In this document: piece after piece, positions 11,088-22,737 of the stretch
Position numbering within the stretch: the stretch's first letter is position 1
Layout of the letters: the number at the start of each line of letters is the position of its first letter
Assembly (NCBI GenBank): GCA_965202585.1
Contig: OZ241829.1
Coordinates: 32,178,001-32,242,000 of the forward strand
DNA: 64,000 nucleotides
Direction: 5' to 3'
Source: Thalia democratica
Taxonomy: Eukaryota
Position numbers and translations under genes: made by a program
Notes under the pieces: model-generated
What the model saw: the letters and a program-made list of their open reading frames with translations, nothing else
Databases searched by the model: none
What the model was told of the DNA's origin: nothing

Positions 11088-14000
11088 ATGCATACAACGA
11101 AGAAAAGCCAAGACAAAAAAGTAAGAATTCAATTAAACGCAAATAATGACGATCCGATCAACCATAACACGTTCCAGGCTTACTTGTTTAGGAACATCAA
11201 ACAAACCATTAAAAACAAAAGTCTTGAAATAAGTAAGTCTTATGATAGAAAAAAACGTTTTTTTACTTTAGTGGTAATTCAACAAAAGTCGTAGTAAATC
11301 CGATGTAATTAACATTTAAAAAAAACAAGTACATTAAAATGTACAAGCACTTTTATATAAACGCATACTTTGAAAATTTAAGACTAAAATAGAGTAAAAA
11401 AAACCTTGAAAAATGTACAAAGGTATAAAAAATTTATACAACAACTAAATTGGTTTAAAACATAAATGTTTCACGTTTTGTATCTTTGTATTTTATTATA
11501 TTTTTGCTAAAAGCTGTCACGTTAGCTAATACCAAAGCTTGGCTTCATTCAATGCTTGTTATAATATTTTTTTTTCTGAATGTAGAGTTCTAACAATCCA
11601 CTTTAGATGTACGGTCGGCTAATTTTTTTGATCTAAAAAGGTTTATCTATTCTTATCAAAGTTTTTATCTCTGTTTCTGTATTTTTTTACATTTATTCTT
11701 GAATCAGGGCAGTTATGTCATTGCTAAAACATGTATATTATGTTCACAACTTTGCTTTCTGTCTGAGAGCTATTTTTCAACAAAACAACTGTAAAGCTGG
11801 ATAAAAGTGTATTCAAATAAAACAACAGAAGTAATTATATTATTCTCTAACTGCAAACAACAGACCACGAGTACGAGCCGCTAACAAAAGTCGTCCACTC
11901 GCAGAACCAGTACCTGACCTTGCAGGGCAAAACGGACTTCGTCGAACGATACCGGTACCTGAAGGGCGACCTCTTGCGGTCCGGCTTCTTCGCCCCCCAG
12001 CGGAAGCCGTACGTTCCGGTGGGCACCGTGCACAGGACAGACAGCTTGGTGCTGAACGCGACCCTTTCGAAGATCAGGAACAAAGTGAGAAAGATTTTGC
12101 GTTTGTAGATGCAGACATTGGTTCTTTGTTTAAAATTAAGTTTGATAACTTTCCAAATGCTCCGTATTAAACTTATCAACATGCCTTTATAAAGTCAGAT
12201 ATTTCATAACCGTAGTCATTTTCACTAGAGTCAGACTATTAAGTGTGACTTCCAAAAATCTTTATTTGTTGCACACCGGCGAACTGCAGCCGCTGTCTTC
12301 CGCTTTACTTTCAGTTAAACAAACGTAAAAATATACCCAGATGACCAGCCGCATCAGACGGCCCGAGTACTTCTGGTCGCACGTGCACAACAAGCTGACG
12401 CTGCCCTCGCTGCACAAAAACGAGAGGAAGTGGGGGAAGGAGAGGAGCGCGAGGGTGCGGAGGACGCAGACCGACCGCTCCTCGCTGCTCATCTGGCAGA
12501 AGCTGTCCGAGATGAAGAAGCTGCGGAGCTGGGTGAACGCCAAGAAGCGGGTGCGGGACTTCCTCTCCCTCAAGCAGGTGGTTCGGCTTGTTTTCTCTGT
12601 GCGGGGGGTTTTTGCGGTAAAACTAGTTCTTTTGCGAAATGACATTTTACGTTTGGGAGTTTTTTGCAACGAATTCGGTTTCAAAATAACTTGATTTTTC
12701 TTTTTATCACGCTTTTTCTTGAAAACTAGTTTAGTTAAGTCCGGGGTTTTTTTTGAAAAAAAGGTGTTAAAACAGATTGATTTTTTTGTTAAAAGCGTCA
12801 AATAATTGTTTTTAAACTCTTAAGTTTTTCTAGTAGTTATGCGGCTAGTCTTAGGGGCAAAAAAATTGTTTGTTTAAAATTAAGTTTTTATTTATTTAAA
12901 CTTTTATACAAGACTAAAAATTAAAAAAAAACGAAATTGCTTTTACAAGTTGATACAGTAATAAATTTGAGTTAAGAATTTTGTTTTTACTTAGTTTTAT
13001 GTTAATTTAGTTAGGTTAATTATAAATTTTTATGCATCTAAAAAAAACAAAATTTTATTGGTATTTATTTCTTGTTAACACTTAAATATTTTTAAATTAC
13101 TTAACATTTAGCAAAAATCTCCTCGAGAATCAAAAGACATACATATGGATTTATTTAGGCAAAGAAGTTCGATTGGCAACTTAAATAAGGCCGGTTATAA
13201 AAAAGCACTGAATAATATTCAATCAGGTTAACTTGTCTAAAGTTGTTTATCTAAGAACAAGTTTTTGTTTAAGCGATAAAAACTAGATTTTATCACTAAA
13301 TTTTGAAAAGTTTACTTATGACATAAAACTATATTTTTACAAAAAAAACAGAATAGTCTTCTTGAGTCGTAATATTAAAGAAAACTTTTTATCTAATACT
13401 TTCTGTTGTTCAAGCTAATTAAAAATAAACTTCAAAAGTAAAAACTTTTGAAATTTTTACTTACGACCAAATACTGGGCAAAATAATTTAGACTTGAAGA
13501 TGCTTAAAATTGTGAAGTCTTCTTCCAGCGAGTCGCTGCTGAGCGGAGATGACGACGAAGAACCCAAAGAATCCGATAAGCAACGATCCAAGTTGATTTC
13601 AGTTTCCAGAGACAAGGAAAAGGAAAAAATACTGCGACAGCTGAAAAAGTTACTTTCTTAAATTAAAACTGAGTAAAATTTATTTAAAATTACCAAAGAT
13701 TTTTATTAAACCTTTTTTTTTTCGTTTTGGAAAATACTTTTATAACTGAAAAAGAATAATAACTACTGTAGTTTCATGTCACATTTAGAATTCAGTTTAA
13801 CTTAGTTACTATTTAAATTAAAGGGAAATATTTTTTTTTATATACATATATATTAAACAAAAAGTATTAAAACAAAGCTACCGTGATCACAACAAGAAAG
13901 AATACCGAAGAAAGAAAACAAAATACATAAAGCAATTGCTGTGCGCTATATACAACATGCGAGCTAGAATTATTAAAACCAAAGTATTTAAACGTTATTT

Positions 14001-17000
14001 AACTTTATATAATTTAAAAAGCAATCCGATTTCGTTTAAGATATTTTGCTTAAGCACAATTGTGCTTTAAAGTATTTTTTGTTTCTGTTTGAAAATATAA
14101 TTGTCGTTGTTTTAACTTATATTTTATCAACAAAAAAAAGCTAATTTTAATGAATTTATTTAAAAGTATTATTTTTTTGAAGTTTTAAACTCGTGATTTA
14201 AAACATAGTACTATGTGTACAACATTTTTTTCTAAAAAGCCTATAACATAAAGCTTTAACACGAAAAGCTCTTGTTTATTAGCAACTTTATAATTAAGTC
14301 TGAATAAATTCTTTTATAGACTTCTTTGCCTTGGAACAAGCTCAAAGTTTTTCTTGAAAGTGAGATAGTTCTTAATTCAGAAGGACAATGTAAATAGTAA
14401 GTTATATAAACTAAAACTTGCCGTGTTAACAGCTTAATATTTTAAATAAATCATGACAACTTTTAGAAACTACCTTTTAAAACAAAAACATAACAAGTTT
14501 TGATACAATTTTCTTTTTTGCTATAATGTGGGCTTAAAAAATATGAAAGCTGTTTTTTTCAACAGTTAAGCTTATTTTGAAAAATCTTAACATTTTTTTA
14601 TCTATTAAATTCTAGTAAGATAATAAAAATTTAAAAGACAATTTTTTGTAAATTTTTTCTTGTTTAATTGATTTTTTTTATAGTACAAACGACAACAAGC
14701 AAACAGAACCTCTACCAACAATAAAAACTACAAGGGCATCTGAAACAGCTGTAAATTTGTTTATCTATCATTTTTATTCCTAAGCCGCTGTATTATAATG
14801 ATAAGTTTATCTTATCAAAATTCTTTAGTATAAAAAACTTGAAATTTTTTTTGTTTTAAACAAACAGAGATACCTGCTAAAAAAAAACACTTAGATTTTT
14901 TACTTTATAAGATCCTTATTGTTTAGCTCTACAAGATCGCATAAATTTAAACTAATTAGGAGCAGTAACAACTAAAAACTCGAACAACGCTAGTTTTAAC
15001 GAATGTCCTGATGTGTTCTTAAAAATTTAATTTATTTTTTTTCTTACAAAATTAAGAATCTTTTCAGACGCAAATTTCAGTATCTCAAACCACCAGGCAC
15101 TCAAACATCAGTTATAGATCGGGCAGCCAGAAAATTTTACAAAAGTAAGACTTCAAACTCAACTAGTTCCTAAACTTTAGTATAATAAAAAGCTTAAAGT
15201 ATCCTAATTTTATAAAGATCAGTATTTTTTTAATGATTCCATCTTATATTGAAAGTTGTATGAACAAATAAGAAAATTAGAAAAAAATAATATTTTTTTT
15301 AGTTTGAGATTTTGTTAGTTTAACTCGTTACAATGTAAATGTTAATTGTTTTTTTTTTTGACTAAGTACTAACTTTATATTTTTGTGTAGTTAAGAACAA
15401 ATGAAGTAGTTTTATACTAGTTTGACAGGACTACAATAAAAAGTTTGAGTATTTTATAGTCTCTAAATAAGTTACAAGAAGTTATGATCTGTTTAGTACT
15501 AAAAAATACTTTAACATACAAGTATATTGTCATCAGCACTAAACTATATGGTACTTAATACTATTTCTAAGAAACTTGTATATACTTTATAAGTTTTTCA
15601 GTTTTGATATAACATTAACACTTTTTTTTGAGAAGGGATGATTGCATAACTTGGGAAGACCTTGTACAGAACTCAAATCGAAAAAAGTTGGAAAATAACT
15701 TCATGCTAGATGCAAAGCCGCATCAAAAGTAAAAGCTTTTTTATATATACTGTTTAATTATCTACGGTATTAGTAAAAAAAGTTAAAGACACGCATGTTT
15801 TTAACTATCCAAGTTTTTGGACTTTTAAGTATGATTAATTTTTTTACTACGAAGTAAACGCAAAAACGCGAACGTGGAGACAATTTTCCAGCAGTGGACG
15901 CAAGTGTCGGAGCTGGAAAAACGAATCGAACTAGCTACAAAGCAAGCGTGAGAAAATTTATATTGTGAAACTCATTTTTTTCTTTTAAAAAATTTATACT
16001 TTAAATAAAAAGTTTTGAATTTTATTTTTGTAAGTTGTTTGTTCAGTTATCCTGTATGTATAGATTCAAAACTTGTCTTTAAATTTTTATTACGAGAAAA
16101 CAGTTATACTTTATGGAAAAAACATTCAAAACTTAAATTTTCTTAAATTAAAAATATATTTGCAATTTAAAATATTGTCCGAGCAAAATTAGTTTTAAAA
16201 AAATATTTCAATCTAGTTATTTTCATGTTTGTTACGATACTTATAGTACTTTTATATTTGATAGTAATAATTTCACTCTTTTGTTGTAAAAACAGAAAAC
16301 ACTATTTTACTTATTAACAAATAGTTTTTTATGAAGCTTTACTTTATAAGTTCTTAAAGTGTAAGCCAAAAATTTACTTTAGTTAAGTTATAATTTTCTT
16401 TACAAAATATAAACATATTTATCCAAGTTATGTTTTTAAGGTTTTGACTTTTTTTATTTATGCTGATTTTTAAAGGTTTATACAGGGCTTTTCACTAAAC
16501 TAAAAATTAAAAACAAAGTAAATAAAAAAACATTTTAAAACTAGCATCTAAAATATGGTTACGTTTTGAAACAAAAAAAAACAAAGTTTTAAACAATAAA
16601 AAAACAAATAATTAATTTTAGAAAAAGAGTATCTAAGTTTGAGTGGTTTGTAGATGCAAAGCGAGAATTTGAGTACCTCAAAAACAAAATACACAAAAAC
16701 TTAAAGGAAGAATTCCGAATAATAGATTGGTAAATTATAATCAGTAGTTTGGTAGAGGTTATGTCTTTTTTTTCCGTTTTGTATTTTACTTACACGCTAA
16801 AAGTTAGTTTGTATCTAACATTTATGACAATTATTATGTTTTGAAACTACTAACTGTAAACTAAGTATGTTTTATTATTAAAAGTTCTAGTTTAACACAA
16901 TATTTTTTAGTAACTAAGAGATTGAACTTGCGGTATTCGAAATTATTTTGTACTGTATTACTTTAGTACTTTAAGACATTGTTCTTCAAAGTAAATCAAA

Positions 17001-19698
17001 ATCTAAACGAAACAGTAATAAAAAAACAGTTTGCCCCAAGTTGTATTTTAGTTATTTATTTTGTTACATTGCATTTTGTTGAAATAATTATCCGTAACAA
17101 ATTAGTCACGTAGTGTTTTATTGAAAAAATTGTATAAAGAGTAAAAAAAATTAACGTTGTGTTTGCTAAACTAAGTTAAGTGATGATCAAAAATAAAGCC
17201 ACCTTGTAATTAAAACTATTGCTTCGGCGGGCGAAAATCTTTTTTTTTCGAAGTTTAGTTTGCAACTACCAAAATCTGACAACTCCTGGCTTAGCACTAA
17301 AATGTACGAAAAATAACCTTAATCTTTTTTCTGAGCACTCTAAAAACTTTTTGCAGCCCAAAATAAGTTTTGTGCGTCCCAAAACAACTATTCTAAACTT
17401 TAAACTGCACTAAAAAGTAAAAAAAAACAAAATATTTGTTATGATTTCGTAAATAGCTTAAATCTAAAAGTAGGATAAGCTTTAAAGTTACCTGAAAAAT
17501 TTCCAATTTTGTTTTCTAGCACAAACATCAAAAAATCTGACTGCAAAGTCAACCACATAGTTTGCAACGAGATAGTTCCGCTGAAAGGAATATCAAAGAT
17601 GCGAGAAAAGGCTCAAGACGCCGTCCAGGACGACAAGAGGGACTACATTCAGCCACTTCAATGGTACAAGCATGCACAAGATTATTTATGCTTTTCAATA
17701 TCAACTGTTTGAATGACCAATAAAATCTTCAAACTTTTGAAGTCAAAATTGATTTGAGACAACATAGGAAAGACACTCAGTTTAAAAATTCAGATATGTT
17801 TCCGATACTTTCATCAGTGGATACATAGCTATAAGTAAAGTGTAAACTTAATCTATATAGTAGCAGTAGTAATCATCATAAACAAGTGATAATTGCATAC
17901 AAAGTTAATTATACTAAACTCAGCAAAATACTAATTCCATCATCAGACCACAAGCCCTCGGTAGATCTCAGTCTACCGAAGGCTTGTGGTCTGATGATCG
18001 AATTGGTATGGTCAACCCTTTCGTTAAACTTGAGCTTTGTCTCACGGCATAAGAGAGTCCAGGCTTCTGCTCTGCAGACTTTCACCGTATTTTTGTTGAT
18101 CGAAATACTAATTGTTAGAGCTGATTAAAAACAAACATATAAACACCAAAACGAGCACCAAGTAAATAAAGTAATATTATAGTCAAATTCTTTTTGCCTA
18201 CAAAGGGTAGTTTTTCTATCTAAAATATATACAGATTCCATTTTGACCAAGTCAAACACGTTCAAAAAACTTTTAATTATCTCTGCAAACTGAATCTCTC
18301 ACAATCTCTTATTTATTACTATTTATCCACTGATGAAAATAGCCTGAAATATATCTGGATTTTTGCACTGAGTGTCTTTTACATTTTGTTTAAAAATTAA
18401 TCGTTAGAATTTAATTTCTGTTGAAAAAATGTATTTGGAAGCGTTAGCTTTTTTTTATCAAGCATAATCGCCTTTATGCTATAATTTTTTAGAAAGAAGT
18501 TCAAATTTTTAAAAAATCAAAAAATTGTTTTAGAACATCAGATAAAGGCGTTTTTAAACATTTCCTTTCAATTTGTCCAAAAGAAAACAATATAATGGAA
18601 AACAATTATTCTTAGATTATCGTATGCAAAAAAAAGATGAAATCAATAAGAATTATAATTAGGTCTTCTTAGAAGTTTTAATTACAAAGTATCGTTAACA
18701 TATATATGGCTTATAGGTTTCAAGATTTGGAAAAGGAGATGCAACACTTCATCAAAATAAAAGACGTTTTTGTTTTGGAAATTCTCGATAAAATTAAATT
18801 TTTCAGTCATAAAGGACCATCGTCTTTTGATCTTGGAAAGGTTTGTTCTTTTGTTTTATTTAAAACAACAGTTTTTATCAATTGTATTGATAATTTAAGT
18901 ATAAAAAAAATTGTTTAATGAAAACATACTTTAGCAAATCAAATGAATTTATTCATAAAATTTTAAAATTTAGCTGTGAATTACATAACTTTTATTTTAA
19001 TCTTTGTAAATAATGAAGTTTGTTGCAAAAAAAAACAAAAAGTTACGCAAAAATATTTACATTTGGAAATTTTCTCCCAACCATGCATCGCTAAGTTTTC
19101 TTGTTAATTCCTTCATTAAAAACTTCTTGGAAAAATGTTTTGTTGTTTTTTTAAGTCTAAATAGCTTTTGTATCAATTTTCTTTTAAAGCAAAATATCTA
19201 AAATGTCTCAAAGCAATTTTATATGAAGACTTATAATCTTTATTTACAAATGGTTATTTTGATAAAAAATAACTTAGGAAATATTCATACTAAGCTTAAA
19301 GGGTCTAACAAAAGTTTGTTTAGAAAGTATAAGTAAAAATTATGTAATATTTTATTAAAAAACAATAAAAACTTAAATTTGAATCAGTAAATTATTATAA
19401 TTTTGTTTTAAAACCCGAACTAGCTTTTGACATTAAAAATATTACAACTTCACTTGCAACATGAAAACATTAATTGGACGCGATAAAAAGTTCTCAAAGT
19501 TAAAAAACTCCAAAGGAGAAACTCTGCCTGATTGTGATGTCACTTCCGGTGATGGAGCTCATGACGCAAGCGATGATGGACGCGATCGAGTTCGTGCTCA
19601 CCAGGGTCCTGCAGGCCCCCCACCAACTTCTCAGCATCTGGATCAAGTCGAGGAAGCTGGACCAGCTCAGCACATCCATGGTGGTCGTTGACGCGTGA
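11088..19698 (+). CDS. 13-exon gene for an uncharacterised ~587-aa protein (basic N-terminal block, low-complexity middle, helical C-terminal domain)
   Basis: Exons joined by hand, all GT..AG with matching phases and no internal stop: 11088-11232 (tentative first exon), 11864-12084, 12341-12577, 13112-13226, 13492-13648, 14684-14750, 15068-15144, 15636-15728 (or 15633), 15855-15947, 16622-16729, 17520-17663, 18717-18840, 19516-19698 (TGA). The C-terminus is EKLCLIVMSLPVMELMTQAMMDAIEFVLTRVLQAPHQLLSIWIKSRKLDQLSTSMVVVDA. I recognise no family. Confidence 0.85.
17788..17822 (-). ncRNA. Degenerate minimal type-I hammerhead ribozyme motif (Penelope-like-element type)
   Basis: Minus strand reads ATCCA-CTGATGA-AAGTATCG-GAA-ACATAT-C-TGAAT. 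It has the core CUGAUGA/GAAA, stem I with one mismatch and a near-palindromic stem III. Stem II does not pair. Confidence 0.55.
17928..18009. other. 82-nt near-perfect hairpin (38-bp stem, 2 mismatches, 1 G-U, 6-nt loop)
   Basis: ATACTAATTCCATCATCAGACCACAAGCCCTCGGTAGA-TCTCAG-TCTACCGAAGGCTTGTGGTCTGATGATCGAATTGGTAT, paired base by base by hand. Confidence 0.9.
18325..18360 (+). ncRNA. Minimal type-I hammerhead ribozyme motif (Penelope-like-element type), stem II damaged
   Basis: ATCCA-CTGATGA-AAATAGCCT-GAA-ATATAT-C-TGGAT. Stem I ATCCA/TGGAT is perfect, stem III is the palindrome ATATAT, and the UC cleavage site falls after 18355. Confidence 0.65.
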
Positions 19699-20676
19699 GG
19701 AAATGTGCGCGTTTTTCAAGTTCAGTTTGGATTAGAATACTTTTGTATACATTTTAAAGTTTCGCCGACTCGCGACAATAAACTATATCAAGCAACATAT
19801 TGTGTTGTTTTGTTTACTCTCTATTTTGAATTTAACTGTTAGGATGCTGTTTTTGTAAGTGGTTTTTTTTTTACAATACTTTCAGTAAATATGAAGTTTA
19901 AAAGAAAGAGTCAATAAACAATTAAAAATTTAAAAAAAATAGTTTTCTAAACACTTGTTTCTTAAAATAAAGCATCAGAAACTGCCCAAATAATGAAATT
20001 TCGATCTTTTTTAAGATATCAACAAAAACTGAAGTAAAGTATTAAAAGTACAAAGACAAGTCTAATGTTGGTGAAAGTATCTTTAATATAAATTCAAAAA
20101 TATTTGCTTGTAAGTAGATTCATTTAAAAACCAATAAAAATATCAAAAAAGCCTACTTTTAGTTTCATGAATATAAAAACAGTTTTTAAAAGCTTAAAAA
20201 GGTAAAGATTTATTTTTTAGAAGTTATATATGCTCTTGTTTTAATGTTACTTAATTAACAGTTTTAAATAAATAAAACTGCACTATATAAACAAAAGCCA
20301 ATAAAACTAAGAAAGTTAAAAATAAACAGATGTAATAGTCAATTATACCTTATTTATAAACTTACTCTTTGTCTATTTGAACTAAAGGAAAAAATATAAA
20401 CCGTTTATAAAACTAAAAACAGTACAGACAAATCGCATTCTTAGTTTAATTTAAGTTAGTAGACAGCTTTGGTGTTTAGATATACAACGTAAGTTAAACC
20501 TCTTTACGTAGAATTCGATAAAGAAGAGGTGCTGACCAAACTATGTTGTAAGACAACTGTACGTTGAACTAGCTGATAAATAATAAAGTACTAGTTTCGG
20601 TTTACATACAGTACATCAACTACCTGTAGTACGCTAAACGAATAGTATAAAACCACGCTTTTAAACAAACAGTGAA

Positions 20677-20880
20677 GCACAGCGTCACTTTAGCATGGGT
20701 CGTCATTTTAGCACGGAGAGACACTAAAGCACGGAGTGACTCTTTAGCAAGGAGAGACACTTTAGCACGGCGTCACTTAAGCATGGCGTCACTTAAGCAT
20801 GGAGTGACACTTTAGCACGGAGTCTCACTTTCGCGCGGCGTCACTTTAGCACGGGTCGACAATGTAGCACGGAGATATTG
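20677..20880. repeat. Array of short GCACGG(AGT)GACACTTTA repeats (subterminal repeats of an unclassified MITE family)
   Basis: About ten imperfect 16-20-bp units. A direct copy lies at ~22282-22345 and an inverted copy at ~22655-22737 ending in GACCCGTTCC. Confidence 0.75.
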
Positions 20881-21112
20881 TATACCCTATTTATTTATAT
20901 GTAAAATAAATAGATATTATTATATCTCTATCTTTAACGGGTATAAATAGGTATAGCAACTTAATTTAGTTATAAAATAAACAAAAAAAACTATGTACAA
21001 TTTATTGCCTTCACAAACAAACGATTCAAAATGGTGCGCAACGCTTCAGTTTTCTACACATTAATCTTATACGAACTTCAATATCGATAAAGGTGGAAAA
21101 GACGATATTTAT

Positions 21113-21534
21113 GGTTACATGACAATTTAAATTCGGACAACTCAAATTCCGACAACTCAAATTCTTAAAAAAATAATTAGAAGACTATATCTCAAAAAAT
21201 AATTGAAATTTGAGAAAAATGAAAAATGCTTATGTAGACCTTATTAATATCTACATGCCACTTTTTATTTTTTGCAAAATCTTAAATACTTTTTAAGATA
21301 TTTTAAAACTACTAAAAATAACTATGTTTTTTACTTTATTTAAACCATATACCAAAAAGTATTCAATGTTTTGCAAAAAGAAAAAAATTGCTTGAAGATA
21401 TTAATAGGACTTACATATGTATTTTTTATATTTGACAAATATACAATACTTTTATAGTTGTGGTCCTTTCAATTTTTTTTTAAGAATTTGAATTGTTGGA
21501 ATTTGAATTGTCCGAATTTGAATAGTCGTGCACC
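21113..21534. mobile_element. Fold-back MULE-like MITE with a 10-bp TSD
   Basis: Imperfect TIRs of about 60 bp (GGTTACATGACAATTTAAATTCGGACAA… / …TTGTCCGAATTTGAATAGTCGTGCACC), a palindromic interior, and the exact flanking repeat CGATATTTAT at 21103-21112 and 21535-21544. Confidence 0.8.
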
Positions 21535-21574
21535 CGATATTTATGAACGTAGAAATCCTATCAAAGGTGTTTCA

Positions 21575-21725
21575 TATCGTACCACAAATTACGTCTTCGG
21601 CCACGAAGTCTCACGTAAGCTGTTTTATATCGTTCTATAGTTAACCTCTGCGGCCACGCAGTCCCAAGCCAACTATTTTGTATCGTACTGCCATTCACGT
21701 CTCCGGCCTCGAAGTCTCACGTGAA
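21575..21725. repeat. Three imperfect ~54-bp tandem units
   Basis: TATCGT…CGGCC(A/T)CG(A/C)AGTC(T/C)CA recurs near 21598, 21651 and 21704. Confidence 0.65.
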
Positions 21726-21855
21726 AAGCTGCAACTACTTCCACGAAGGAAGAGTCGCCCCGTTGAAGCGGCCTAGGTCCGCTCCGTAGGGTAGTTGAGG
21801 TATAGTAACCTGTTTGTAGATCTTTATCGTTTATATAAATTTTTACTCTCTCTTT

Positions 21856-22020
21856 TGCAGGTGGCTTGACATGTTGACAGTTGCAGGTGGCTTGACTTGT
21901 TAACAGTTGCAGGTGGCTTGACATGTTGACAATTGCAGGTGTCTCGTTGCATGTTGGAAGCTGCAAGTGTTTCGGCATGTTGGTATATGCATGTTGGAAT
22001 CTGCAGGTGTCTCGGCACGG
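21856..22020. repeat. 26-bp minisatellite, about six degenerating units
   Basis: The unit TGCAGGTGGCTTGACATGTTGACAGT repeats in tandem and explains the repetitive spurious ORFs 21673-22065 and 21824-22018. Confidence 0.85.
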
Positions 22021-22281
22021 TTTTAATAGCCAGCTTACATACTCACCTGGTTTTACACACGGCAATTAATGAATACAAAATTGTATTTATTTTGCCTTTG
22101 TCAATCAAAAAATATCGAGTAGAATTTAAAATATAAATTAGAGAACTGTTGTTATTATTTATTTGAAACTTATCTTTTAAAAATAATTTTTGATTAAAAA
22201 AGTTTTAAAATTTATACTAATGCATGCATCGATATATGGAAAACTGAAGTGAAATAAGTATAATTTCACATAAATGTCCAA

Positions 22282-22737
22282 CAGAGAGACACTAAAGCAC
22301 AGAGTGACACTTTAGCACGGAATCTGACTTTCGCGCGGCGTCACTTTAGCACGGGGTGATCTATCCTTTTAAGGAACGATCTATACTTTTAAGTAATTGA
22401 ATTAAATACTAATTTAGATTATATTTAATAAAAAATTTAAAATTTAACTTTATATAGTAAGCATCCTGATGATTACGCATTTTAGGAACTTTAAAGTGTG
22501 AATTCAAGTTGAAGTATATCGACCAAAGTTAATTTTATTCAAAATTATAATAAAGTAAGGAGTAAACAGTCTACATGTTTTAGTCTACTAACACATAGTT
22601 TGTTTTTATGTTTTTAAACATAAAAGCAAAAATGTTATGTTAGCATAATAAAAGAGCGTCAGTCCATACTAAAGTGACGCTGTGCTAAAGTGTCATTCTG
22701 TACTAAAGTGTCACTCGATAATTTTCTGACCCGTTCC
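22282..22737. mobile_element. GCACGG-repeat MITE remnant with a GACCCGTTCC right terminus
   Basis: Subterminal repeat blocks face each other in inverted orientation. The same terminus occurs at 42806-42815. The left terminus was not found. Confidence 0.55.

Noticed and set aside
12262-12801. 179-aa minus-strand ORF, and plus-strand ORF 12430-12642
   Set aside because: These are shadow frames of the GC-rich exon 12341-12577 plus K/F-rich intron sequence.
17991-18005. CTGATGA in the hairpin arms as extra hammerhead cores or C/D-box snoRNA
   Set aside because: It is followed by TCGAAT/TGGAAT with no stem II or GAAA. I could not place a box C…box D pair with a terminal stem.
18010-18101. tRNA-like cloverleaf (7-bp GGTCAAC/GTTGATC closing stem)
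   Set aside because: There is no T-loop TTCRA, no D-loop GG, and the arm lengths do not fit a tRNA.
20677-22020. Repeat arrays as CRISPR-like loci
   Set aside because: The units are directly adjacent without unique spacers, the context is eukaryotic and there are no cas genes. They are transposon subterminal repeats and minisatellites.
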